From NCBI GenBank assembly GCA_964649925.1, contig CAZYQJ010000001.1, forward strand, positions 499 through 32,583: a DNA stretch of 32,085 nucleotides, in the 5' to 3' direction. Under the pieces are notes generated by a model, which was not told the origin of the DNA, made no database searches, and saw only the letters and a list, made by a program, of their open reading frames with translations. The DNA is from an uncultured Litorilinea sp. GTDB taxonomy: Bacteria > Chloroflexota > Anaerolineae > Caldilineales > Caldilineaceae. The position numbers were made by a program, and so were the translations under genes. This document shows positions 8,508 through 16,257 of this stretch, one piece after another. Positions within the stretch are counted from its first letter, which is position 1. The number at the start of each line of letters is the position of its first letter.

Positions 8508-8613
8508 AGATGGGTCTTCAGCCCGGTGTCGCGGCTCACCATCCATGATATTGTCAACTTAGCACTAACTAGAACCATTGCGTTCTTTAGAGGTACTTAT
8601 AGAGGAGGATACC

Positions 8614-8742
8614 ATGTCACTTACTGAAGTTGGACTCGTCGCGGGCATGCTGATTGCTGTCGGCGTTGTTCGCTTTGGCATCCCGGCGGCCCTCACCTGG
8701 GCCTGCTGCCGGGTGTTACACCGCATCAATCCCGCAGGCTAG
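8614..8742 (+). CDS. 42-aa single-pass membrane protein (not in the ORF track), first gene of the cytochrome module
   Basis: ATG 8614 is preceded by AGAGGAGGA with 4-5 nt spacing; stop TAG at 8740-8742. Translation: MSLTEVGLVAGMLIAVGVVRFGIPAALTWACCRVLHRINPAG. It shares the signature VVRFG(I/V)P..LHR(I/L) with the N-terminus of the ORF at 11795. Confidence 0.6.
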   Translation: MSLTEVGLVAGMLIAVGVVRFGIPAALTWACCRVLHRINPAG

Positions 8743-8780
8743 GCTCACCCCTAGCCTTGTCCCATTCTGGAGATATTCTT

Positions 8781-9644
8781 ATGGTTGCGAACCATGTGCG
8801 CCTTGCACCCTGGGCCGGTCGCATCGCGGCGCTGCTCATCGCCGTCTGCCTCACTGGCTGGAGTTCATCGACCCTGTACGCCCAATCTGCCGCCCCTGCC
8901 CCGTCGGACGCAGTCACTTCCGAGGCGGTCCCTGCAGAGGGTGATGATGTATGCGTCTCCTGCCATGCCGACGAAAGCGCGGCGTGGGAAGCATCGCCCC
9001 ACGGTGACGGAGAAGGCGGCGGCGCATCGTGCGTAGCCTGCCACGGCGAGTATGTTAAAGGCCACCCGGCAGAAGGGCCAATGTCTCTCAAAGTGGACTC
9101 TTCCTCCTGCGAAGGCTGCCATGCCAAAACCTTCGACCAATGGAGCGAGAGCCATCACGCCGCCGAGGGCGTCCAGTGCATTAGCTGTCACAAGCCCCAC
9201 TCCCAGGAATTGCGGCTCACCGACGAGACGCTTTGCGAGAGTTGCCATCGCGAATCTGTCGAGGATCCCTTCCATACGGCCCACTGGGAAGGCGATGTGA
9301 CGTGTACCTCATGCCATCTATCCGACGCCCCGCACACGGGAGCCGTCGCCAGCGGTGATGCAGCGATTGGGTTAGCCATGGCGCCCACTCACGATTTCAC
9401 CACGGTCTCGTCTGCGAAGTGCCTTGACTGCCACCGCGAGGCGGTGACACAGACCACAACAGAGCCAACCACGGTCGCCGCGAGCCTACCCTTGACGACC
9501 ACCGACGCCGCATCATCAGAGCCAACGCCGCTCGCTACGGCCACGCTGTCGGCAGCGAATCTTGGCTTTGGCTTGGGCATCGGCGGCATCCTGGGCATCG
9601 TCTTTATGTTGATCGCCGCCACCTACGGTTTTGGGAAGAAGTAA
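8781..9644 (+). CDS. Heptaheme c-type cytochrome, secreted and C-terminally membrane-anchored
   Basis: Seven CxxCH motifs: CVSCH, CVACH, CEGCH, CISCH, CESCH, CTSCH, CLDCH. N-terminal signal-like segment (RIAALLIAVCLTGWSSSTLYA). Thr/Ser/Pro-rich linker, then a hydrophobic tail LGFGLGIGGILGIVFMLIAATYGFGKK. I prefer ATG 8781 (GGAGA 7 nt upstream) over the TTG at 8757. Confidence 0.9.
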   Translation: MVANHVRLAPWAGRIAALLIAVCLTGWSSSTLYAQSAAPAPSDAVTSEAVPAEGDDVCVSCHADESAAWEASPHGDGEGGGASCVACHGEYVKGHPAEGPMSLKVDSSSCEGCHAKTFDQWSESHHAAEGVQCISCHKPHSQELRLTDETLCESCHRESVEDPFHTAHWEGDVTCTSCHLSDAPHTGAVASGDAAIGLAMAPTHDFTTVSSAKCLDCHREAVTQTTTEPTTVAASLPLTTTDAASSEPTPLATATLSAANLGFGLGIGGILGIVFMLIAATYGFGKK

Positions 9645-9646
9645 TC

Positions 9647-10573
9647 ATGACTGCACCCGATACCTCCCGACGCACATTTTTGAAAGGCCTGGGAGCCGGT
9701 GCGCTGAGTCTGGTCGCCGTCAGCAGCCAGCTCACCCCGGCCCACGCCAGCAGCACCGTCAATACAGATGACGCCTATGGCGTGTTGATCGATCTCACCC
9801 GCTGCACCGGCTGTGATTCCTGCGTGCTGGCCTGTAAGCAGAAGAACAACCGGCCCAACCCAGACACGAGTGCCGACCGTCTCTCTAGCGATGCCTACTC
9901 TGCGCTGGAACGCTACCCGATCATCAACGCCGACGGCGCGCTGGCGGAGCAAGCAGTCAAACGCCAGTGTATGCACTGCCTCCATCCGGCCTGTGTATCC
10001 GCCTGTACCGTGGGTGCGCTGCGCAAACAGCCTAATGGCCCTGTTGTCTACGAAGCGGACAAATGTATCGGCTGTCGCTACTGCCAGTATGCATGCCCTT
10101 TCGGCGTGCCCACCTATGACTGGAACAATGCCCTCGGCCTGATCCACAAGTGTAACCTATGCGCCGACCGCCTGGCAGAAGGCGAACTGCCCGCCTGCGT
10201 AGCTTCATGCCCCAACGGTGCGCTGCGCTTCGGCAAACGCTCAGCCCTGCTGGCTCAGGCCCACGCCCAGATCAAGACCAATCCGGGCCGCTATGTCGAC
10301 CACGTCTACGGCGAAACCGAAGCGGGCGGCACATCTATGCTCTATCTCTCGGCGGTACCCTTCGCACAGCTTGGCTTCCCGGTGCTGGGCAGCAAACCCA
10401 TCCCGCAAGATGCCGAGCGGATCATGGAAAGCACGCCGATCATCGCCTTGGGGATGGCTACGCTTGCCACCTCGCTCTATTTCATCACCCGTCGCCATCG
10501 CGAATTGGCCGCCGAAAACGCCGCGGCTCAGCCCGCAGATCCAGGCGACGCGCACTCGCACCAGTCTGATTGA
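9647..10573 (+). CDS. Tat-exported four-cluster iron-sulfur subunit (NrfC/HybA/PsrB-like) with C-terminal TM helix
   Basis: Twin-arginine signal SRRTFLKGLGAGAL. Four Cys clusters: CTGCDSCVLAC, CMHCLHPACVSAC, CIGCRYCQYACP, CNLC..CVASCP. C-terminal helix IIALGMATLATSLYFI. Starts 2 nt after the cytochrome stop. Confidence 0.9.
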   Translation: MTAPDTSRRTFLKGLGAGALSLVAVSSQLTPAHASSTVNTDDAYGVLIDLTRCTGCDSCVLACKQKNNRPNPDTSADRLSSDAYSALERYPIINADGALAEQAVKRQCMHCLHPACVSACTVGALRKQPNGPVVYEADKCIGCRYCQYACPFGVPTYDWNNALGLIHKCNLCADRLAEGELPACVASCPNGALRFGKRSALLAQAHAQIKTNPGRYVDHVYGETEAGGTSMLYLSAVPFAQLGFPVLGSKPIPQDAERIMESTPIIALGMATLATSLYFITRRHRELAAENAAAQPADPGDAHSHQSD

Positions 10574-10582
10574 GAGGTACGC

Positions 10583-11737
10583 ATGGCTACCCAAGTTACC
10601 TACCGCCGTCCGACGACTTGGCAGTTCCCGATCCCGCCTCTATCCTGGGCTACGTTGGGCATCCTCGGCTTCCTGACCGTCATGGGGATCTTCGCCGGGG
10701 TCGCCCGTCTGCTGGCCGGGCTGGGGATGACCACATCGCTCACCGATCAAATCCCTTGGGGCATCTGGATCGGCTTTGACTTTACGCTCATCGCCCTCTC
10801 CGGTGCAGGCTTCACCATGGCTGCAGTCGGTCATGTCCTGCACCTGCACCGGCTGGAGGCGGCTGTACGCCCGGCCCTATTCGCAGGCTTCTTGGGCTAC
10901 ACAGCCGTCCTTCTGATCCTTGTGCTTGACCTGGGGCGTCCCGACCGCTTCTATCACTTCATCTTGTACTGGAACCTGCACTCGCCCCTGTTCGAAATCT
11001 GCTGGTGCGTGTTGCTTTATACCACAGTGCTAGTGCTTGAAGTCAGCCCGGACCTCTTGCGTTGGCTAGGCTGGGAACGGCTGCGCCGCATCTCGCAAGC
11101 GATCATGCCGGTTGTCTGCATCCTGGGCATCACGCTCTCCACGCTGCACCAGTCCACCCTGGGCACGCTGTACGTCAACATGCCGCACCGGCTCCATCCG
11201 CTGCTGTACACCCCGTTCATGCCCGTGCTGTTCTTCACCACCTCCGTGATGGCAGGCCTAAGCGTCGCCATACTCGCCTACCGGATTTCTGTCCGCATCC
11301 AAAACAAGAATGAAGACCTGGGTGTTGCTTCGGGGCTTGGCGTTGGGATAGCTGGCGTGTCGCTGATCTACCTCCTGATCAAAGGCGGTCTGCTCTGGTG
11401 GGAAGGCAAATTGCCGCTGCTGTTGGTAAATGACGCCGTTACACGCGCCTGGTGGGTCGAAATCACCGTGGGCGCAATGATTCCGCTCATTCTGCTTGCC
11501 ATTCCGAAGTTGCGCCGCCACAACCTCACCTTGTGGGTCGCGCCACTCTTGGTCATTATCGGCGTTGGCATGAATCGCTTCAACGCCACGCTGCAGGGCC
11601 AAACCCCGCCCTGGACGGAGAGTTGGAGCTACACGCCGCACATCCTCGAATGGCTTTCGACCATCGGCATCATCGCAGGGGCCGCCCTTGTCTGGTATCT
11701 TGCCATGCGTTTTCTTGTGCGCCCTGACGAGCATTAG
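10583..11737 (+). CDS. NrfD/PsrC/HybB-family polytopic membrane subunit (quinone-interacting)
   Basis: 384 aa with about 8-10 hydrophobic helices. Family-typical segment DQIPWGIWIGFDFTLIALSGAGF. Located 9 nt after the FeS gene. Confidence 0.85.
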   Translation: MATQVTYRRPTTWQFPIPPLSWATLGILGFLTVMGIFAGVARLLAGLGMTTSLTDQIPWGIWIGFDFTLIALSGAGFTMAAVGHVLHLHRLEAAVRPALFAGFLGYTAVLLILVLDLGRPDRFYHFILYWNLHSPLFEICWCVLLYTTVLVLEVSPDLLRWLGWERLRRISQAIMPVVCILGITLSTLHQSTLGTLYVNMPHRLHPLLYTPFMPVLFFTTSVMAGLSVAILAYRISVRIQNKNEDLGVASGLGVGIAGVSLIYLLIKGGLLWWEGKLPLLLVNDAVTRAWWVEITVGAMIPLILLAIPKLRRHNLTLWVAPLLVIIGVGMNRFNATLQGQTPPWTESWSYTPHILEWLSTIGIIAGAALVWYLAMRFLVRPDEH

Positions 11738-11794
11738 TGACCGCCGATCACACTGCTGGCGCACAACACCTGACCCGGCTTGGAGGTCGTACCG

Positions 11795-12181
11795 ATGCCT
11801 AGCCCACAGGTCCTGGAAATCCTTGCCCTCGTCGGCATCTTTGTGGTTCGCTTCGGTGTCCCCTTGCTCCTGAGTGCAGCCGTTGTCTGGTGGCTTCACC
11901 GCCTCGACACACGATGGAGCAAGACCACTCCAGCGGTTACAGCGATTCCGGATGATGCACCCGTCGAGGCAAGTGCGGACTACGCCCAGATTATCAGCGA
12001 ACCTTGCTGGGTCTACCGTGCCTGCCCCGAAGAGCGTCGTAATCAGTGCCCGGCCTATCTCCATCCGGAGGTTGTCTGTTGGCTGGCACGGCTGCGCTGC
12101 GATGGCCGGTTGACAAGCAACTGCCGCTGCTGCTCCGTGTTTGCCACCAGCCATGTCAACACGACCGCGGCTGCCGACTGA
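11795..12181 (+). CDS. 128-aa protein: N-terminal TM helix + C-terminal 8-Cys domain, unknown family
   Basis: ATG 11795 with GGAGG 8 nt upstream (ORF track starts at TTG 11780). Sequence MPSPQVLEILALVGIFVVRFGVPLLLSAAVVWWLHRLDTRW..., then CWVYRACPEERRNQCPAYLHPEVVCWLARLRCDGRLTSNCRCCSVF. Basic residues after the helix suggest the Cys domain is cytoplasmic. Confidence 0.65.
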   Translation: MPSPQVLEILALVGIFVVRFGVPLLLSAAVVWWLHRLDTRWSKTTPAVTAIPDDAPVEASADYAQIISEPCWVYRACPEERRNQCPAYLHPEVVCWLARLRCDGRLTSNCRCCSVFATSHVNTTAAAD

Positions 12182-12186
12182 CCGGC

Positions 12187-12840
12187 TTACCCGTTGAGCA
12201 GCCCGCGCTCAATGGCGTAGCGCACAAGCTCAGCCCGGCTGTGCAGATTCAGCTTCGCCATAATATTTTCCCGATGCCGGTCCACCGTCTTGGGACTAAT
12301 GACCAGCCGTTGTGCAATATCACGGCTGGTCAAGCCTTCTGCGGTCAAAGTCAACACCTCGCGCTCGCGTGCGGAAAGCACATCCTCCTGGCGCGTCGCA
12401 TGGCCGTCGCGCTGCAAAACATCATGCATCAGAAAACGTGCTAATGTCGCGTGCAGAAAGACATTGCCCTGATGGACCACGCGAATCGCGGCCACTAGGT
12501 CGTCTGGTGCAGCCCGCTTGGGGATATAGCCCGAAGCGCCTGCGTCGAGCATTTCAAAGAAATACTGCTCGTCTTCATGCATGGTCAGCGCCAACACCGC
12601 GACGTTTGGGTCGAGTTCCTTGATCTTGCGCGTTGCCTCGATCCCGCTCATGCCCGGCATCGCCACGTCCATGATCACCACGTCCGGGTGGAGCGTCCGC
12701 ACCGCCTCCAACGCCTCCGCGCCGCTCCCAGCCTCCGCGACGATCTCCATATCCGGTTCTGCGGCAAAGAGCATCCGCAGCCCGGCACGCACAATCTGAT
12801 GGTCATCCACCAGCAGCAGGCGGATTTGTTCGCTTGCCAC
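12187..12840 (-). CDS. NarL/LuxR-family two-component response regulator
   Basis: 217 aa. Receiver domain (LLLVDDHQ..DVVIMDVAMPGMSG) plus LuxR-type HTH (LSAREREVLTLTAEGLTSRDIAQRLVISPKTVDRHRENIMAKL). The GTG start at 12840 overlaps the kinase 3' end by 38 nt. Confidence 0.9.
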   Translation of the reverse strand: MASEQIRLLLVDDHQIVRAGLRMLFAAEPDMEIVAEAGSGAEALEAVRTLHPDVVIMDVAMPGMSGIEATRKIKELDPNVAVLALTMHEDEQYFFEMLDAGASGYIPKRAAPDDLVAAIRVVHQGNVFLHATLARFLMHDVLQRDGHATRQEDVLSAREREVLTLTAEGLTSRDIAQRLVISPKTVDRHRENIMAKLNLHSRAELVRYAIERGLLNG

Positions 12841-14467
12841 CGTTTGCCTCCTTTATCCCTCGCGTGCTGGTCAGGATCGGCTGGGCCATGCTGGGACGCA
12901 CAGGCATCCGCACCGTGACATGCGTGCCCCGTCCCGGTTCCGAGCGAATCTGTGACTCGCCACCCAACAACTGGGTACGCTCCCGAATGCCGAGCAACCC
13001 CCAGCCGCCGCCGCGGCCATCCATCACCGCCCCCGCATCAAACCCCACACCGTCATCTGATATATAGATCACCAACTCTTCAGGCGCAATATCCAGACCG
13101 ATCTCAACATTGCGTGCGTCGGCGTGCTTGGCAATATTCGTCAAAGCCTCCTGGACAATGCGGAAGAGTAGCGTTTCATATTCGGGCAATAGCCGGGACA
13201 TCTCGCCCTGCACCTCAAAACGCACCGCGATCTCAGGATGGCGATCCTGAAAGGCGCGAATATACCAGCGCAGTGCCGGAACCAGCCCCAACTCGTCCAG
13301 TTGCGGCGGGCGTAAGTCCTCGATTATGCGACGTAATTCCATCATGGCGTCGTTGGCAAACGTTTGAATCGCATCCAATTGCACAGAGTGGGGCAGCCCC
13401 TGCTCTGCCAGCGCATTTTCCAGCCCACGCAGCCCCAGCCCAATCGCACTTAACGATTGCCCAGTCGCGTCATGTAAATCCCGCGCGATCCGCTGCCGCT
13501 CCGATTCCTGTGCATCGACCACCTGGTAGAGCAGTTCAGCCAACATGCGTTCACGCGTCTGCGCCTCTCGATAGAGCCGCGCGTTCTCGATAGACAACCC
13601 CATTTGTTGGGCGATCCCAGCCAGCAATCGCAGGTCAGCCAATGACAACGGCTGGGTCTCACCCTCCACCCGCGCCAGCACAACCACCCCAACCAGATCC
13701 TGCCGGGCGATGAGCGGGAGCGCAATCGCCACCGTTGGGCTGGCATGTTGCCAACACTCGCGGCCAACCAGCACCGCGTCTAGCTCAAATTCCAGTACCG
13801 CACCGTCCGCATGGCGGCAGAGCGCCCGGCCTTTGCGAAGCGCCCCCAGCCCCAGTTCCCAGTTTGGTCCATAGCGTTCGCCGGGAAGCGCCGCCCCCTG
13901 CAAAGGGAAACCGGTCGCCGCGCCCACCATCGGCGTCGAATCCATCGCCGTCCCCAGCAGCACCAACCCGGCGTCGGCAAACGCCAGGTTCTGCACCACC
14001 TGCCGCAACGCCTGGTCCAAACGACTCGATAGCTCCACCGGCGCAGCCAGCAGATTTGAGAGATCGAGCAGCAGCGCCAGTTCGCGCGCCCGCGCATGTA
14101 GCTCCTGATTCAACCGTTCTGTCTCCTGCAGGCTGCGCCTCTCCACTGCCAGGGCACGTTCCTGGGCCGCCAGTTGTGTCTGCACCGCTTCGTCTAGACG
14201 ACGCTGATTCTCCACGCCAAACGCCTGCAGCGCCCGCACCATAAAAAAGGCCAGCACCGCAGCCATAGTCCCTCGAAACAGTTGCACCGGAATACCAAAC
14301 CATGCCAAAAAGAGCTCACTGTTAATCACCCCGCTCGGCGGGATAGGAGAGGGCTGCACGAAGGCCTGCCCGACTGCCCCATAGAAGAAGAGCGCCGTCG
14401 CCGACCAGACCAGATCGCGGCCAAACTGCGGCATATCCACCTGTCGGTATGTTCGCTGCTGTACCAT
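12803..14467 (-). CDS. Sensor histidine kinase (TM segments, coiled coil, GAF, HisKA_3, HATPase_c)
   Basis: H-box ESERQRIARDLHDATGQSL, ATPase motifs (TNIAKHA..DDGVGFD..GGWGLLGIRER), and a GAF-like middle region. The start is uncertain: TTG 14485 (ORF track), ATG 14467 or ATG 14434. Confidence 0.85.
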   Translation of the reverse strand: MVQQRTYRQVDMPQFGRDLVWSATALFFYGAVGQAFVQPSPIPPSGVINSELFLAWFGIPVQLFRGTMAAVLAFFMVRALQAFGVENQRRLDEAVQTQLAAQERALAVERRSLQETERLNQELHARARELALLLDLSNLLAAPVELSSRLDQALRQVVQNLAFADAGLVLLGTAMDSTPMVGAATGFPLQGAALPGERYGPNWELGLGALRKGRALCRHADGAVLEFELDAVLVGRECWQHASPTVAIALPLIARQDLVGVVVLARVEGETQPLSLADLRLLAGIAQQMGLSIENARLYREAQTRERMLAELLYQVVDAQESERQRIARDLHDATGQSLSAIGLGLRGLENALAEQGLPHSVQLDAIQTFANDAMMELRRIIEDLRPPQLDELGLVPALRWYIRAFQDRHPEIAVRFEVQGEMSRLLPEYETLLFRIVQEALTNIAKHADARNVEIGLDIAPEELVIYISDDGVGFDAGAVMDGRGGGWGLLGIRERTQLLGGESQIRSEPGRGTHVTVRMPVRPSMAQPILTSTRGIKEANGGKRTNPPAAGG

Positions 14468-14509
14468 CAGAGCCCAGCAGCCCAATATCGCCGCCGGGAT
14501 GCCCTACAC

Positions 14510-14968
14510 TTACCGCGCCAACACATCCGCACTCGCAATCGCATCAGGGGCTGCAAACCCATAACGCATCCCGACCGCGGCGCACAAACCGATCCATGCC
14601 AGCAGCCCGCCCGCCACCACCGTGAGGATAAGCCACCGGCGCAGTTTCGACTGGACAAGCAACAGCATGGCGAAGTGCAGGAGCATGGCGAATGACGCGG
14701 CCAGCACCGCCAGGCGCACCCACTCCTCCGCGGCAGGCGGCAACCCTCCCCCGGTTCGCAGCCGAATCTGTTGAAACATCTCGATCCACTCGTGCGCGGC
14801 GTGCAGCAGCCCAAAGGCACTCATCGGACGGATGGCCTGGACAAAGCGAAAGCCCGAGACTTGACGGCTTGCCAGGGCAAGCGCCACCCCCAGCGAAAAA
14901 AAGGTCAAGCCGTATAGAAAATAAACGTTATGCAGATTGTCCACCCAGTATTGTGCCACCGGGTTCAC
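14510..14968 (-). CDS. Polytopic membrane protein (about 4 TM), possibly the detached N-terminal sensor module of the downstream kinase
   Basis: 152 aa and hydrophobic (VYFLYGLTFFSLGVALALA; WVRLAVLAASFAMLLHFAMLLLV; WLILTVVAGGLLAWIGLCAAVGM). Same reading frame as the kinase ORF, separated from it only by TAA-GTG-TAG at 14512-14504. Confidence 0.6.
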   Translation of the reverse strand: MNPVAQYWVDNLHNVYFLYGLTFFSLGVALALASRQVSGFRFVQAIRPMSAFGLLHAAHEWIEMFQQIRLRTGGGLPPAAEEWVRLAVLAASFAMLLHFAMLLLVQSKLRRWLILTVVAGGLLAWIGLCAAVGMRYGFAAPDAIASADVLAR

Positions 14969-14988
14969 CGCGCTGCACTCCTTTGCCC

Positions 14989-16257
14989 CTAGCCGTGCAA
15001 GGGCTTATCGGGCCTGCCAATGAGGTGATCGGTCTCCCGTTCACGCACGCCTATCAAGAACAACAGCCCATCCAGCCCCAAGTTCGAAATCGCCCGGCCA
15101 GCCTTCTCGCGCACAATGGGCTTGGCATGAAACGCCACCCCCATCCCCGCAATCGTCAGCATCGGAATGTCGTTTGCGCCATCCCCCACAGCAATCGTCT
15201 GCTCCAACGACAGATTCTCCAGCCTGGCGATCTGGCGCAGCAGTTCAGCCTTGCGCTCGCCATCCACAATCTCACCCAACAGCCGCCCCGTCAAGCGGCC
15301 ATCCACGATCTCCAGACGGTTGGCGAACATATAGTCAAAGCCCAGCCGTTCCTGCAGCACGCGGCCAAAAAAGTCAAACCCGCCCGACAGGATGCCGAGT
15401 TTGTAGCCCAACCGCTTGAGCGTCCGCACCACGCGTTCGGCCCCTTCCATCAGGGGCAACCTTTGCGCCACCTCAGCCAGCACCGATTCCTCCAGCCCAG
15501 CGAGCAGTGCCACGCGGCGCGTCAAACTCTGCTTAAAGTCTAGCTCACCCCGCATCGCCGCCGCCGTAATCGCAGCCACCTCGTCACCCACCCCCGCGAT
15601 GCGCGCCAGTTCGTCGATCACCTCCACCTGGATCAGCGTCGAATCCATGTCGAACACCACCAAGCGCCGGTTGCGCCGGTAAATGTCGTCCAGATGAAAC
15701 GAGATGTCGATCTCCATCCCCTGGGCAAGTTCCATCAACTGTCGGCGCATTCCCTGCTCGTCGGCCAGGAAGCCGCTGACCGAAAACTGCACGCACGCCC
15801 TCGGCAGCACATCAGGGCGCGTCAGCGAGGTGCGACCCGATAGGCGCGTGATCACATCGATGTTCAGCCCATTCTCGGCGCAGACCGCGGTCACCGCCGC
15901 AATCTGCCCGGCGTGCAGCCGCCGTCCCATGACCGTAATGATGCGCCGTTCCTTGCCCTGCTCATCCACCCAGCGCTCATATTGATCCAGCGGCACAGGC
16001 GTGGCGCGTACCTGGACATCCAGTTCATGCGCCGCAAACAGCAGATTTTTCATCGCTTCGGCCCAAACCGCCGGTTCCGGCGCAGCCACCAGCACCCCCA
16101 GTGCCAGGTAGTCATGGATGACCGCCTGCCCGATATCCAACACACGCACATCAAAGTCGGCCAGCGCGCTCATCAACCGCGCGCTCAACCCTGGCCGGTC
16201 GCGCCCAGTCACATTGAGCAGAAAAACGTCCTCATGCCCCATCGTTTGGTCTGCCAC
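14989..16257 (-). CDS. serB: Phosphoserine phosphatase with N-terminal ACT domains
   Basis: 422 aa. ACT-like N-terminus (FLLNVTGRDRPGLSARLMSALADF). HAD SerB motifs (VVFDMDSTLIQVEVIDELA; ..LSGGF..; ..AVGDGANDIPML). A GTG start abuts the AKR stop; an alternative ATG lies at 16242. Confidence 0.85.
   Translation of the reverse strand: MADQTMGHEDVFLLNVTGRDRPGLSARLMSALADFDVRVLDIGQAVIHDYLALGVLVAAPEPAVWAEAMKNLLFAAHELDVQVRATPVPLDQYERWVDEQGKERRIITVMGRRLHAGQIAAVTAVCAENGLNIDVITRLSGRTSLTRPDVLPRACVQFSVSGFLADEQGMRRQLMELAQGMEIDISFHLDDIYRRNRRLVVFDMDSTLIQVEVIDELARIAGVGDEVAAITAAAMRGELDFKQSLTRRVALLAGLEESVLAEVAQRLPLMEGAERVVRTLKRLGYKLGILSGGFDFFGRVLQERLGFDYMFANRLEIVDGRLTGRLLGEIVDGERKAELLRQIARLENLSLEQTIAVGDGANDIPMLTIAGMGVAFHAKPIVREKAGRAISNLGLDGLLFLIGVRERETDHLIGRPDKPLHG

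Noticed and set aside
14504-14512. Possible selenocysteine or programmed read-through joining the membrane ORF to the histidine kinase
   Set aside because: The two in-frame stops are TAA and TAG, not TGA, and they lie 3 nt apart. Recoding of both is implausible, so I treat this as a split gene, pseudogene or sequence error instead.
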